Positions 37,221 to 51,690 of a DNA stretch of 64,000 bases are shown here, piece by piece. Below the pieces are notes generated by a model, which saw nothing but the letters and a program-made list of their open reading frames with translations, had not been told where the DNA came from and made no database searches. Source of the DNA: Ginglymostoma cirratum (Eukaryota); the NCBI GenBank assembly GCA_024137785.1, contig JAHRHZ010000087.1:9953385-10017384 (forward strand), given 5' to 3'. The first letter of the stretch is position 1; every line of letters starts with the position of its first letter. Made by a program: the position numbers and the translations under genes.

Positions 37221-38279
37221 CTCCAGATACCAGCAACTTCAGGGGAAAACCATTTTGAGAGAATGGCTTGTGTGCCCTTCCTGTCCTTCTTAATCTGCTG
37301 CATCCTCATCTTGCTTGGATTTCCACCTTTCTTGCAGGATATTGATCCTCATCACTTCTGGGCCAAAGAGTCTGTCAACCATGCCCCAATGCCAGGTGGA
37401 TCCTTGCTTCTAAGTGATAGCTCAAGTACAGCTTAATAGCCTTGCACCTATTCTATTCCCTGCATAATGCTAGAGGTGTGCTGAAACCCTCCAAAACCCA
37501 AAGTGCTGCATGTCCATTCTCTTGGTCATCTATGCTACACTAAGGGCAGCCGTGGATTAATAGCTGTCACTTATTATCCCCTGATCCTCATAAGGCCAGG
37601 ATGACTATCTTCACCAAAGAGCTGGTTCTCTTTTAAAAAGGCACATGTAACAGAGCATCTCCATCAAATTCAGAAATTCCACATTTGAAAAGCTCTTATG
37701 AATTGGCCTTAAATGGAAAACACGTGGGATTCCTGTCTTGCTGTCTCCCCATGATGCTCATTATTGCCTGCGAGAGACTCAGCACTTTTGAAATTAAAAC
37801 ATCGCCCTCTGCATCTGGTCCTTTTATAAAATCTTAAATGGTGAAATCAATCCAATGATGTAAAGCTTCATTTGACACAACAAAGTAACTTATGAATGCT
37901 TTAAATCTCAAGTGCTGAAGGAATAGCATCTGGTAAGGAAAAGGAGAGACAAGATATTTATAACTAAGAAGTGCCAATTTAGTGTTTAAAAACAAAATAA
38001 GGAAAATTGCAAACATTCAAACGGTATCAATTTTTTCATATCTCTCACTCCCTTTCCACAATGTCTCACTTCCATATATTTTTCAAAAGCAGTTGGGCCT
38101 TACATAAATTGCATAGAGATGACATAAATCCTTTGGGTATAGACTTAAATGCAATGCCTGAAAACTAGATGTAGACAATTTTACAGTCAAACAGCTTGAG
38201 CACTGCAATTACAAGATCTGGAATACAACATGTCACCAACTTTACACCATTCTTCCAATTATTGAGAAACTCAGTTTAC

Positions 38280-38419
38280 CTGTAGAGGTGTCATCCCCAG
38301 TTCCTGACCACTTCGTCCCTGAGCAATTTTCGACAAATCATTCACAAGACGTTCAAATATGTTTGCAGCATTTAAATCACAATCGTAGTTCACATAAATA
38401 TCCACGACGCACTGAGCAT
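38280..38419 (-). CDS. ARFGEF2: ARFGEF2 exon 12 (140 nt), [25 protein letters not shown]...ELGMTPLQ (HUS box NYDCD)
   Basis: tcag|AT..CAG|gtaaac; phase 1-0. Confidence 0.95.
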
Positions 38420-38859
38420 CTGAAATATACAAACATGAAATTTAACATTATAATTGGTTTCTTTTCAGCCTGGTGATCACACTGATCTGTATTTGTTTAT
38501 ACTAAGGAAGCTAATAACCTTTAATCTCCAAATGAAATAAATGCTTATTGGATAGCCTACAGAGCCAAAGTTCTGTCTCATTTATACTTGCAAATCATAT
38601 TCTGTCTGTTGCATTTTGTAGTGTCTTTAAAATTGACTTTAGTGATGAAAGCTGGCATCTTACGAAATGTCACCGCACACAGAATTTTTATTTCCTCCTG
38701 TATTTGCATTCTGAATTCCTGCATCACCAGGTACCAGGAATCTTAGAGGGAACTCTGGATACAGCTTATTGTTCTGTTCACTTAGTACATCTCATGGCAA
38801 ATGAAGCAGACAAAGTTCGAGCCTACATCGGTTTCAACAGCTAGACATTTTCTTTAAAA

Positions 38860-39102
38860 CGTCACTTGCCTTTCACCCATTTCGGGCATGTCACTCTGCA
38901 TCAACCATAGCTGACCAGGAAACTCTCCCATTCTTAGGGCTTCCCACAGACATAGTCAAGTGGATTTGAAGGCTGGTAACCAATCTGTCTGGCTGCATGA
39001 AGAACACACCTTTATGGCCATCATGTCCTATGTGGGACTTGAAACCGGATCCTCTGTTCCAGAGGCAGGCAGGCACGCTAACACTGTGGGACAAGCTCTC
39101 CC
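38860..39102 (-). mobile_element. tRNA-headed SINE
   Basis: Minus-strand head CACAGTGTTAGCG...GGTTTCAAGTCCCAC (A/B-box-like). Confidence 0.55.
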
Positions 39103-39720
39103 TACAGAATGCTACATAGTCAAGAAACGTAATCTTTGTTCAAACAAATTTGCCAGTTCCAACAAACGTGAAATATTACAGTTACTTCAGATGCAAAACT
39201 ATATGGTTTACACCATTTGTATCCTTTTCTCCTTCGCATAAATATGAGGGACTGATAGTTATTTCTAAGAAACAACTATCATGTTCAAAACTCATGTGAT
39301 TCACTTGGATGAGTACCAAGCACCAATCACTTTTATAAACTTAGAAGTACTATATAAGTCGAGTCTATGTGCACAGTTCAAATACTATTAAGACTGGGTT
39401 TTAAAAACAAGAACCCATTATTGGTTAGTAATTGTTTGTCAAACATACTTGATTTTTAAAAATAATTAATATTTATAACATGGCTTTGGCAGACATTAAT
39501 TCCTATTCCTGTCTTGTTTTCTTTGTTGTCCCAGGGATAACGTTCTCAAATTGATGTCTAGATTCTGAAGATTTAAAATGGGAGGAGAAAAGAAACATGT
39601 CTGGTATCTAGATATCACAACTGAAGTAACACAAGGAAAAACAAATTCCTCAGCTGTGCTGAAACATTAGGCAAAGTACAGGCTACTAGGATAAGGTGAA
39701 AAGGTTGTAAAACAAATTAC

Positions 39721-39820
39721 CTGCACAAATCCTGGTCAGAGTTTGAATGACCATCCACTTATGCTCAAATGTACTGGTGGATGTTTCCAAAATATTCAGA
39801 AAAATCTCTTTGAAGAAAAC
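39721..39820 (-). CDS. ARFGEF2: ARFGEF2 exon 11 (100 nt), [33 protein letters not shown]
   Basis: gcag|GTT..G|gtaatt; phase 0-1. Confidence 0.95.
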
Positions 39821-41472
39821 CTGCTCAATTGGAGAAGCAGGAGTTAATAAATCTAATTAATAAAACCATACACAATTCAACTTTACAGATAGACACTTTT
39901 TCCCTAGCAGAACTCATGCATCGACATAAACATGATTAAATCATAATTATGCTACAGTGGCGTAAAAGATGGTTCCACAGATTTTAACCTGAATTTTAGA
40001 CAAGCACATAAATTTTGTTGAAATGTAATTAATGCATATTTGACTGGAAAGAAACTGAACAAGTTGAAAAAGTTACTTTGTAAGGGAGTTCACTCATGGA
40101 TGTCATCTGTCACTTCATTAAACTACCTTTTGGTCAAACAGAAAACAGGGTTGGGACTCAAACAGGGAGATATCTATCAATTGGACAGGAGACGACTGCA
40201 GTAAGGTAAACTGAAGTAGTAAATCTTCCAAACAGAGATTGTATCAGGGTGCGGCCTAAGTGGTCAAAGGAAGCACTACAACAATGCTCTAAAGACTACA
40301 CTTCATAGTTTGTGTCACTTTCAAGTCCTGGCAACTCCAAGTGAAAATCAGTTCAACCTCCCTTTGATGGCAAGCACATCCAAAGGCATAGGGAAACTGC
40401 ATGGAGCAGAAGTCCAATTAAACAATTCCTCCAAACTGAATTGTTTGCACCATCCTGTCCAATTTGTAGCAGAATCTGGACAAAGTTTGACCTTGGTAGT
40501 CACATACATACCCAGAGTCCTACAAAACACCCCGGATGAAGAACATGGTCATCACGCCTTATAGGATGAGCAAAAAGACTATATGCAATCAGAACAAGAG
40601 TATGACTTTAAGCAAAAGAAAATTAGTTATAAAAATCTGGGTAATGGACACTACTAAAATGAATGTCAAAGTTATTTTTTAAATTCAGGATATTAAGAAG
40701 TTGGCATTTAAGTAAATCCTAACTTTGCTCAGATTTTAAAAGCGAGATTATTCATGACTTCTTTTCAAATACTACTTTCACCCAATTATCCATTCTAAGG
40801 TTAACTCTTTGCCAATAAAGATTTCTAGTGATGTCAAGAGGTTGTCTTCCCAACTTATTGCTGAAGCATTACATATGATTTTGTGGGCTGAATTCCTGTA
40901 AGAGCCAGTTTTGCAGGTTACTACTATACCACTTTCAGATGCGAGATTTTACAGCTGTCACGATGGTCACAGCACAACAGCCACTTTGAACAAACCATCA
41001 ACTACTTATGGGCACCAGCAAGGTTCCCAATATTTGGATCCAACCACTGGCCATGTTCTCAACAGATGCCTGCTTATTATTTTCAGCATTTTCTGCTTTT
41101 TAATACCTGGTCTCAAAGTTAATCTCACACCAGCTTTCAGTAGATCTATTCAAATCTATTGCCCAGGGAACTTAATTTCTCACCAGAGCAGCATTCAGGC
41201 AGATGCTGGCCTGAATGAACAATTATCTGACTGAAACAACATATTCAACACAAGGCTTTTAAAAAAAAACAAAACAAAACAAAACCAGACAGACAGTTGG
41301 GCTACAACACTTTCATCGTGTGCAAGTGTCAATAGGTAAAGTTCAATAGTTTTATAGGAATAGCTAATAGTTTAGAAAAAGTAGTCATGCAACCATAATT
41401 GAATTTTACATAGAAATTGCAGCCAACATTTTAACATAACAAAAATGTTAAAATTAGAAGGTAGAGTCATAC

Positions 41473-41707
41473 CTCAATTTGCATTTTTAAATGAATCTTG
41501 AAGTGTGAGAGAAGTGCAAGAAAAATAGCCAGTGAAAGTTCAAACACATCTGGCACACAGGAGACACCATTTTTGGATAATGCCACACAAAGGTATTGTT
41601 TAATTGCATTGATGAACATTTCATTTGTTTTGAAGACTGGACCAGCATTTTGAAGAACTGACAACAGTAGCTGCAGTGAAATTATCTTCGACCTCAGCTC
41701 ATGCGAC
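41473..41707 (-). CDS. ARFGEF2: ARFGEF2 exon 10 (235 nt), [15 protein letters not shown]...HLKMQIE (HUS)
   Basis: caag|G..GAG|gtatga; phase 2-0. Confidence 0.95.
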
Positions 41708-42134
41708 CTTGGCAAAAAAAAAGTTTGAAGTAATTTGTTTTCATTTAAAAAAAGCTATGCATACTATTAGGTAATAAATGAGATTACGCTCTATCCCATT
41801 GTGTGAGCCAGAACCAGCTGCTCTCCAAAGTGATGCCATTGAGAATTCAACATAATATTCAAATCTGAAATACTTGGATTGAACAATTCTTCAAAAAAAA
41901 AAAAAAAAAAATTCCCTATTTTCAGTAGCCAGTGCTGGAAAGTACAGAATATGACCAAAACTGGATTTGATGTGTCTTCTATTCCGTTTTGTGTGACTTT
42001 CAAAAATTCTCAACACATGCAGAATCATTTCCTGCTTAGTTTTGAATATCAAAGTATTTTTCAAGATGCCTCTATTACCTTAACTACTTTTTTCATCAGG
42101 TCTGCTGAATAACATACTCTGAGGGGATTAATCG

Positions 42135-43705
42135 AGTCAGAGGGTCGAGTCCTACAGCACAGCCATAGGCCCTTTGGCCCAAACTGGTTCATGCCAATCA
42201 AAGCGTCCATCCATGCTAACCCAGTTCCCTGCAATTGGCCCATATCTTTCTAAACCCTTCTTAGCCATGTATTCGTCCAAATGCCTTTTAAATGTTGTTA
42301 ATGCACCCACCTCAACACTTTCTCTGGCAGCTCATTCCACACGCATACCATCCTCAGTGTAAAAAGGTTGCCCCTCAAGTTCCCATGTATTCTTTCACCG
42401 CTTACCTTAAATTGATGCCCTCTACTCCCCGATTCCCCAACCCTGGGAAAAAGACTGTGTTCACCCTATCCATGCCTCTCGTGATCTTAGACGCTAAGAT
42501 CCCCCCCCTCAGTCTCCTATATTCTATGGGAAAAAGTCCTAGCTTGTTCAACCTCTCCCAATAACTCAGTCCCTTGTGTCCTAGCAACATCTTTGTAAGT
42601 TTCTTCTGCACTCTTCCCAGTTTAATAACATCCTTCCTATACCAAGGTGACCAAAATTGAACACAATACTCCAACTGCGGCCTCACCAACGTCCTGTACA
42701 ACTGCAACATAACTTCCCAACTTCTGTGCTTAATACCCTCACTGATGAAGGCCAGTGTGCCAAAATCCTTCTTCACTGCCCTGTCTACCTACGACTCCAT
42801 TTTCAGAAAACCATGCACCTGAACTCCAACGTCCCTCTGTTCCACTACACTCCTTCAGGCCTTACCATTCACCATGGAACTCCTACCTGGATTTAGCTTT
42901 CCAAAATGCAACATCTCACTTCTCTATATTAATCTCCATTTGCCATTTCTTGGTCCACTTCCCCAGCTGATCAAGATCCTGCTGCAATTTCTGATAACCT
43001 TCCTCACTGTCCACAATGCCGCCTATTTTAGTGTCATCTGCAAACTTCCTAATCATGCCTTGTACGTTCTCATCCAAATCATTGATAAAGATAACAAACA
43101 GCAATGGACCCAGCACCAACCTTAGGCACACTACTAGACACAGGCCTCTAGTCAGACAAGCATTCTTCCACTATTCCTCTCTGCTTCCTACCATCGAGCC
43201 AATTATGCATCCAATTTGCCAGCTCTCCTGGAATTCCATGTGATTTCAACTTCCAGGGCAGCCAACCATTTGGAACCTTAAAGGCCTCACTGAAATCCGT
43301 GTAGATTACATCTACTGCCCTACCCCATCAACCTTCCTGGTCACTTCAAAAAGAAGTTCAACAAATTTGTGTGAGGCATGATCTCCCCCACGCGAAGCCA
43401 TGCTGGCTACTCCTAATCAAACCCTGTCTTTATAACTGTATGGACATTTTATGCCTCAGAATCTTCAAGTAACTTATCTACCACAGGTGTTAAGCTTACT
43501 GGTTTATAACTCCCAGGTTTTTATTGCCAGCCCTTCTTGAATAAAGGGCACAACATTCACCACCCTCCAGTCTTTCAGGACGTCACCCATAGCTAACGAT
43601 ATTGCAAATATATCAGCCAGGACCCCAAAATTTCTCCTCTTGCCTCTTGGCGTTCTTGGATATATTTGATTAGGGCAGGAGATTTATCCACCTCCATACA
43701 TCCTA
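42135..43705 (-). mobile_element. CR1/HER1-like LINE, 5'-truncated
   Basis: ORFs 42916-43131 (LGPLLFVIFINDLD..KFADDTK) and 42402-42776 (LYRTLVRPQLEYCVQFWSP); 3' UTR at ~42135-42240. Confidence 0.92.
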
Positions 43706-44924
43706 ATGATGCATTACTAATCTGTGCATTAAAGGGAATTTTAAGTTTGGCGGTTGCGTAATTTTTATGACTTCACTCATACATGGTCAAGATTATGCAA
43801 GTAAAATTTCCATTACAGGCCAGTAAGTCAGTTCCCACACATCATTAACGGCACTGACACTATCACCAAACCAAAATCAAATTTAAGATGATTCAGTTTT
43901 GGAGATTGTATCCAAGATTCACAATGTTCAACAGATGATGCATGACAGAAAGAGAGTCAGTTTGCTAGAATCACATCTCTCACTGAGCAATACATATCGG
44001 ACATTGTCCTATATTTTCATGCCAATCTGCTGGATGGAAGAATTGGCAATGGTACAATGATATCAACAATGTATCTAGGATCACAGATTGTTAGGCACGA
44101 TATTTGTCACCTTAATCTATTAGGTAAAAGATGAAGAAATGGAACAAATGTTAGAGAATGAATTTGGGTGAATTAAATTCAAACCAAATACAGAGATAAT
44201 CAAAGAGCAGATTGGACAGGGGGAAAAAAGAGGCAAAAACCGAATAAAAAAAATGCAGAGAACACTGGAGCCCAGTTATGTTTGGCAATTGTATGATTCT
44301 TCAGAACAAATTATCTTGGTCACACACTGCTTCCCAAAACAATTTTACACAAAATATTTAATTTGCATTTGAACGTGTACAGCTTTGAATCATCAAAATT
44401 ATTGTACCTGGCATGAATAGGAATGGGTATGGCAAGAATAGTACAAAAATCCAGTTTTCAATTATGCTTTAAAAAGGAACAATTGCATATCTGATGGAAT
44501 AAACATCCAAAGCTTCAAAGTATCATAACAGTGCTATTTTTCAAATCATTAACAGGGAGCAAACAATGTGAATTATTAGCTCTAGATGCAAGATTAATTT
44601 GCATTTGTGACATAAATCCTGCAACTAAGTCGGGTAAAAATAACTTCCATGGGGAAGCTCCTGACGAGGTTGCAATTCTTCCTGCTTAGGCATTCTTAAC
44701 AGCAGAATAGCACAAACAGACCAGCAATCTGTGAAGAATGAGAATTAAAGACAGAGTTCCAGGTCTCCAAAAAATATTCCATGTTTTGCAAACTGATCAT
44801 GGCAAGCACCAAATTTCTGAATTGCCCGGTTAATGTTGTGACTTCTGCTTTTTGAACAATACCCCAAAAACTGTACATCATCTAGGTTTAAGGACAAAAT
44901 TTTTTATGACTTGGCATTCACTTA

Positions 44925-45059
<135 letters not shown>

Positions 45060-45600
45060 CTAGTGTAAAATCAAGCATGATATTAAGTTGGAGCTGCAAC
45101 TCTTATTGTAGCTGTTTGATTTAAAATTCCAAGCTTATCTAAACAAGCAAGCACTTAACAAGCTTTTTATTGGCCAAAAGGGGTATTTTATCAATTTAGG
45201 TATTAAAAATGAGCCTAAAACAAACAAAGGCAATATGAACGGGCTAGATGGCACAATGAAAACTCATGCCTAGGTTTTATGAGATTAATAGTAGATACAA
45301 CATTTCTAAACAATCTAAAATACATGCAATGGAAGTGCATAAAGAAAGGAAATTGCTGATTGCTTTGACTTGTGGTTTGACAGATCACCCAGATAGTGCA
45401 ATGCTGTAGAATTGTTGTGAGCTGTCTTGTTTTGCCTTTCGATTTGCCTTTATAAACGCAACTAAAATGTGAAACGTACGGCATCAGAAGGGGGAACCAT
45501 TCTGAACAATAGAACAACATTACGAACAACAGAATTGCTTTCCAAAATGGATTAGCTACAGCCATATCTTTAGTTGAAATGAACAAAAGATAGACTGAAC

Positions 45601-45790
45601 AAAAACAGAAGTTGCTGCAAAAGTTCAGCAGGTCTGGCAGCATCTGTGAAGAAAAAAATCCAAAGGAAGGGCCACTGGACCCAAATGTTAACTGATTTAT
45701 TCTTCACAGATGCTGCCAGAACTGATGAGCTTTTCCAGTAACTTCCATTTTTGTTCCTGATTTACAGCGTCCACAGTTCTTTCGGTTTTT
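45601..45790 (+). mobile_element. Penelope-type relic with inverted arms and 16-bp TSD
   Basis: AAAAGATAGACTGAAC at 45585-45600 and 45791-45806; inverted arms ~45597-45653 and ~45700-45756. Confidence 0.75.
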
Positions 45791-46129
45791 AAAAGATAGA
45801 CTGAACTCTCAATTGATCAAATTTAAGCTAAAATCTTTAAGACAGCTGTCATATTAGTGAAACTTTTCATCTGGAAGTGCAGTTAATAGGCATTAAACGA
45901 TCAATTATCTACAGATAAAGTGCAGAGGTTTCTTGGAGTACCTAAACATAAATCACTAAAAGCAGCTCTGCAGGCTAAGATGATAACTTAGAAAGAAACA
46001 AAATGAACCACTCAGATTTGTGATGCTAAACGTGAGTGTGCTGGACCACATTAAGTACTGAACGCCTTCTAACAGACAGGATGTAAAGACAGTGAAGAGA
46101 GAGTAAGAAAGATTTGCAAGAATGATAAA

Positions 46130-46535
46130 AGAAAATGTGAGGTAACACATTTCTCTGTTAAGGAATAGGCTGCATTATTCTTTGAACAGGAGAAGGGTGT
46201 AGCAGAATAGAGGTCCTTAAAATCAGGAATAGTTTTGATTGAGCCGACACAGCGAAATCATTTCCACCTTTACAAAAGAGAAAATGCTTAGGTGTCACCG
46301 CTTTAAAATCACCAAGAAAGGAAAGGGGAATTCAGAAAAAAAATAGTTACCATGAGTGGTGAAAATGTGACTCTGCTGCTGAGGCAAACAGGAAAGATCT
46401 ATTCAAGAAAATCCTAGATAAGCATATAATAGGGAATAAAGGTTGAGTGAGTTAGAAGCAGAAGGATAACAAAGATTTAAGTGAAGCATAGCCACCAGAG
46501 ACCGGTTAGGCTTAATTGTCTGCTTTTGTGTTTAT
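46130..46535 (+). mobile_element. CR1-like 3' fragment, decayed
   Basis: ttctttgaacaggagaagg...agaggtccttaaaatc...gagtggtgaaaatgtg CR1 ORF2-end landmarks. Confidence 0.55.
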
Positions 46536-46994
46536 ACATAACATCTAATTTTATGTATCATTTGCTGATCTGAGTTGTGCCCATTGTCCAAATGTGCTAC
46601 AGCACACAGAACTCCACAATTATGGCATATCGAAGAGTAAATTTACCAGGATGTGGGCTTTTAATTATTATTCAATTACCGCTTCTTGAAATGTACATGA
46701 AGACTTCCAAACAAACAATAAGCCTTGCCCACAGTTGCCAATATCCTTGAACAACCTGCCAAAACTGTCACCTGAAGTACAAATTGTCATTATTCTTTTG
46801 TATCAGAAGTTGATCAACATTTATAGATTAGCACTGAGGAAACTGCAAATGCTTTCAGGAGAAAGGGTAGAAAAGGTGGAATGCTAAATCTGTTACAAGA
46901 AAAGCGTAACAGTAGAGTAAGGGGGTGTATGTTAAATAACAATTTGTTGCATAATACTTCCTTTACCTCTAGCTTTCAATTTTTTTTGGGGGGA

Positions 46995-49520
46995 TAGGAT
47001 ATGCATGTAGCTGGCCAGACCAGCATTTAATGCCCATCCCTAACTGCCCTTGAGAACGTGCTGCTGAACCACCTTTTGAATTACTGCAGTTCATGGGATC
47101 TAGGTACACTCATTGCTGTAAGGAAGTGAGATGCAATATTTTTGTTATAGCCACAGTGATGTAATGATAATATATTTCTAAGAAAGAACGTGCGCGGCTT
47201 GGAAGGGAAGCAGGTGTGAGTGGCTCCTGTGAGATATAGGATTGACCATTTTCCTCCAATGTCTTTCCTCCATGGATGGCTTCTGTTGAATTCTCTTTCA
47301 GTTACATTTGCACAAATCTCAATGTGGCCAGCAGACCTGTTATAACAATATTGGCTTATGTTCAATCATCTTGAATACAAACCAAAATTTTATTCATGCC
47401 TTCTCCTATTCCATGTTTATACATTATTCTTTGGAAATGAAATTTAGAAGCACAGGATTAATTTTCATACATATGCCAACAACTGACCTCAAATCTGCAT
47501 CACCATCAATTCATTTACTACCTTGATATTATACGGTCACGAACACTGCTGACATAATATTACCAAACTAAATGCATGCTGTTTCACTTCCACAAAAATC
47601 ACAGAAGCCTGAACCCATTCCTCTGAAAGCCTGTATAACTCAACACATAGTTCTAATGAACTTCTTGATCCTGAGCCAAGTTTCAAACCCAACTGCAGTC
47701 AATTAGTATAGCGGTTTTCTTCTTCTGAAATGTTACTTCTCTAAAACCCAATGCTGTGTTCACATTGGTTATCTCTAGAATCAACTTCTATTCCTGAACT
47801 TTTGGTTATCATCAACTGTTTCAAGATTCTCCAACATTGCTTCACTGTACACTTAGATTGGAGTGGTTCCTTAAAATAGATTTTTAGACAATGGCTTCAT
47901 TCACTTTTCATTTTCTTTTATGTTCAGGTTTGAACATGAAGTATAATGATATTGTATTACATTAAAAGCTTCACATAAGTGCTAACTATAAGTTGCTTTT
48001 TTCCCCCAAGTATAATCTTGGAGGTTGGCCATCAAGTACTTTTGTTTTTGCTCATTCAATTATTGATATGTTTTCTCTTTGAACTATACAATCCTTGTAG
48101 CAATAACCTTAGGCAGAGCATATAAAGATATTTACCTAGGAGTGCACCATACATGCATAACGAAGGTGCAAACAATAGCATTCTAATGAATGGGTGCTCA
48201 TCATTGGGTCTGTAAGGTGTTTTCCTGGTAAACTTGCTAAGTTGCTGGAATGTGTCCTGGATCCAGTATGCACCACAGACACAGCTACAGGATATCAACA
48301 TCTGCTCAACCATCACAAAAGCTACAATGGAGTTAAGTACTGCAGAATATTCAAACAGCTGCACTTCTGACCTCAAGACAGAGGATAGGTTACCAATGAA
48401 GATGGTTACAACAAAAGGTTAACGCCAAAGAAATTTGGCACTGATGTCCTGGGACTAGATGATGGCTGTCAGATAATCACGGCCATGTTCTTCCCATCCA
48501 TCAGATATGGTTCCAGTCCTTCAAAGGCTTTCATATTGACTCAGTTTTGCCTGTAGTCTTTGGAACCACGCTTGGTGAAAACTGTCTATGACAACTACTT
48601 AATCCCTATTCTGGCAGTCAACCTCTACCTAGCTGTTGATGTATGGGCTAAGACAAGGTCAATACTTGAGTGTTTTATTGGGAGCTAATGACTAGAGTAG
48701 GCCACCAATTTGACTGTACAAGTAATTATTCCTTCCATCATTTCACAGTTGATAGTGCAGAAATTTCCAATTATATGTGTACATACAGGCAATTTGATAA
48801 GTCAATACGTAGTTAACAACATAGTTACAGTGGACTCGATTTGGGGCCACTGATAGTCACAGTTCACAGGTCTTCAGTACAAAACACTAAATTTTATTAG
48901 CCTCATATGCTTTTCTGTGTCAACGTTCTCACTCACTTAATGCCACAGGGATGAACCAAATTGTTTGGGGCCTGGCAAAGCTGTTAGTGGCAAGACCACA
49001 AGATGAGGCCAAATACAAGCTTTCACTTGGCAATTCTGGGTGAAAGTGATTAGATTGTCTTTTGCACTCAGATATTGCCAAGTTTGAGATTATATATGTG
49101 CACAGAGCCTGCTCCTGATGATCCAATATTTTTGATGGGATACCACCTGGTCAGAGAACTTTGCTTGAATCTATTAGTCATTGGATTGCATAGCTCTATT
49201 TATATCCAGCTGTTTAAGGTGCTTCATGCAGATTATGCAGTATTGTATCCTCCTGTATGGTGTTACTCCTCTGTGGAGTCATCCTCCAGCCTGAAAGTGA
49301 TAACGTGCTACATTATGATACAGACTGCGATGGATTACAGCATTGCTATTGATGAGCTACAGCCATTCACTGATAATCAAATTTTAGGCTCTTTCTTTAG
49401 GCTTCTCATTTCCAATGCTGGTAATGTCTCAGACGCAACGGACAGCATCCACACTCGAAACAAGACACAAAGACCAGATAGGACTGCAAAGAATGTTCTT
49501 AAACCAAAAAGCTTCAGCTG
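46995..49520 (-). mobile_element. Decayed LINE (3' end ~46995-47310, further fragments ~48060-49520)
   Basis: 3' tail ctggccagaccagcatttaatgcccatccctaactgcccttgag shared with the SINE tail; internal pieces fragmentary. Confidence 0.55.
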
Positions 49521-50521
49521 AAGTCGAAGGATGATAGCTGCTAGTTTCATTTGAAAAAAAACAAGTTTTTTAAAAAAAAAAAAATCTGCATGAGTACTAA
49601 GATGTGGTAACTCAGCCATTCCATCTTGGTAAGTAGTACAAGTCAAAGCACGTTTAACAAAAAAGAGGAGCTGATGCCAGTCAAAGAAACAACTGGTGGT
49701 TTGAAATATGGATGGGAATGATCATTATCAAAGAAAATGGATGTCATGCAAAATACGTCAGGATGCTTTGGAACCTAAAGTAAAGTTAAGGAAGTTAAAA
49801 GATGAGCTTTCAACTACAATCATGCAGTTATTTTATAACAGACAACATCACAGCAAACACAGCTTGCCAAGAAATCTGTTAACTTCTGCAAGAATGTAAA
49901 GTGCATGATGAGATATGGGAAGCCTGTTAAGAACAGCAGACTGGATCATGAAGAGCTCTGAAAGCAGACTGGACTCATGTAAAATTTTAGATCGATTTTC
50001 TAAACTAGATGTGATGATCACATTTGTCTATAATGCTTTGCTGAATGACAAATATCTTCCATGAAAAGCTCACTCCAGCATCCCAAACAAATTGAAAATA
50101 TGAACAAGGAAGCTTTTATTTCTGAGTCGTGCATTAAAACTTGAAATTTCCAAAAGGCTTTAAGAATTGTTCAGTAGCGCGTAGAGCAGGATCCAACAGA
50201 CAAGATAAGAACAGAATTCTGGTATTCTCAGGTGCGCACAATATACTGAACTAAAAAAGAAAACCACTTGCCCCCTTCTTTTTCCTAAATAACCCACATG
50301 ACATCTGCGTGTTTGATTCAGGCCAACCTACAATAATGAAACTTCAGCATCCATGAATACATCTCAAATAAATAGTTGCACACATTGGTATAATTGTCAG
50401 AAACAGTTGGAACTGCAGCTCCAGCTGGGGAACACAAAATAAACAATGAAAAATCATAATACCAGAATTCCTGAAAAAGATAGATTCTGGATCATAGCAA
50501 AAGTATAATTAGATTCCTTAC

Positions 50522-50691
50522 CGGAACATTATAGGGTGCAGATTGCCTATCGATTAATGCAGTACCCTCAGGCTGTGGTAATGATTCGTCAGGGATACCA
50601 TTGGTTTGAATGTTTTCAGTGCAGTTAACAGGAGCCTGATTTTCTAAAGCTGCTTCCATAGATTTTTTTTCACCGTCTTTTGCTTCTGCCT
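50522..50691 (-). CDS. ARFGEF2: ARFGEF2 exon 8 (170 nt), AEAKDGEKKSME...ENIQTNGIPDE...YNVP
   Basis: ttaag|AG..CCG|gtaagg; phase 1-0; ENxQTNGI motif shared with BIG1/BIG2. Confidence 0.85.
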
Positions 50692-51242
50692 CTTAAGCAA
50701 AAAAAAATTACAAAAAATTTCTACATAGTTTATTTCAGATAAGAGAAAATTGTATAAATGCATTTCAGTATCTTATAAAAGCTCTCATTCAAATGATTAA
50801 ATTGAGTTGCAATGTGTGTCAAAAGCACAAGTCTTTAGGCATTTCTTCAAAGCTTAATTAATACAATTATGTTGAATCTACTTTAAACAAGTTTCATTAA
50901 TTGCTACAAATTTGTTAGATTGTTTTAAGAATTAAGATGCCTATTTAAAAGTAAGCTTATATTATGTATACAAATTAATTGCTTTTCAAAGATATTTTCA
51001 GAAATTAGTGTAGCTATCAGGATATGTAAAATAAAACTGTGCAACGGATTGGTAGGCTATAATGTATTGCTGTTTCTAAGCATTGTGCCACCACAGAAAC
51101 TTACACAGAATGTTACAACACACCAGAACAATGCTGATTTGAATATGTTCAATCTGTGCAGGTGTCTTTGGAACAATGGATGATAAACAGTTAGTTACAA
51201 TAACAAACCTAATTAGACAAAAAGATAAAGTGTACATTGAAG

Positions 51243-51345
51243 GAGATGCAGTTGACAGTGCCTCTACCTCAGAGCCAGAAGTTCTGGGATCAAATCTTAC
51301 CTGCCACACAGGTGCGTCAAAGCATCAGAACGGTTAGATTAAAAT
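51243..51345 (+). mobile_element. Short tRNA-headed SINE
   Basis: Similar to 19866-19980. Confidence 0.45.
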
Positions 51346-51690
51346 AACTAAAATATACATTCTTGTCAAAAACAATTAGTTTCTGAGGGTAAGACCAAGC
51401 TATGAACAAAGGAGACATTAACGTTAAATGACAAAACCAATCAAATGTGCTATTCTAAAACTCATTCAAGTGTTTTAGACTTGAGTGAGTTTCAAGTCTA
51501 CAACAACTCACCCATAAGACATACCTCGTCTAGAATGGCACCATCAAATGAGAGTTCTTTGAAATAAAAATTGATGCAGTGGGTAATAAAACAGTACTGT
51601 GGCATCATGCAAGACTATGTTGAGAGTCATTCAGCGACTATTTTAACTGAAACCAAATGAAAACTATATCATCAAGATCGCATGAGCTAC

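Noticed and set aside
43734-43812. Small imperfect inverted repeat GGAATTTTA...TAAAATTTCC, possible MITE
   Set aside because: Arms are short and gapped; cannot be told from chance or assigned to a family by eye.
45215-45643. 142-aa minus-strand ORF
   Set aside because: Begins inside the Penelope-type repeat (MLPDLLNFCSNFCFCS is repeat translation); no domain.
49075-49521. 148-aa plus-strand ORF
   Set aside because: Lies antisense to a decayed LINE region; no motif.
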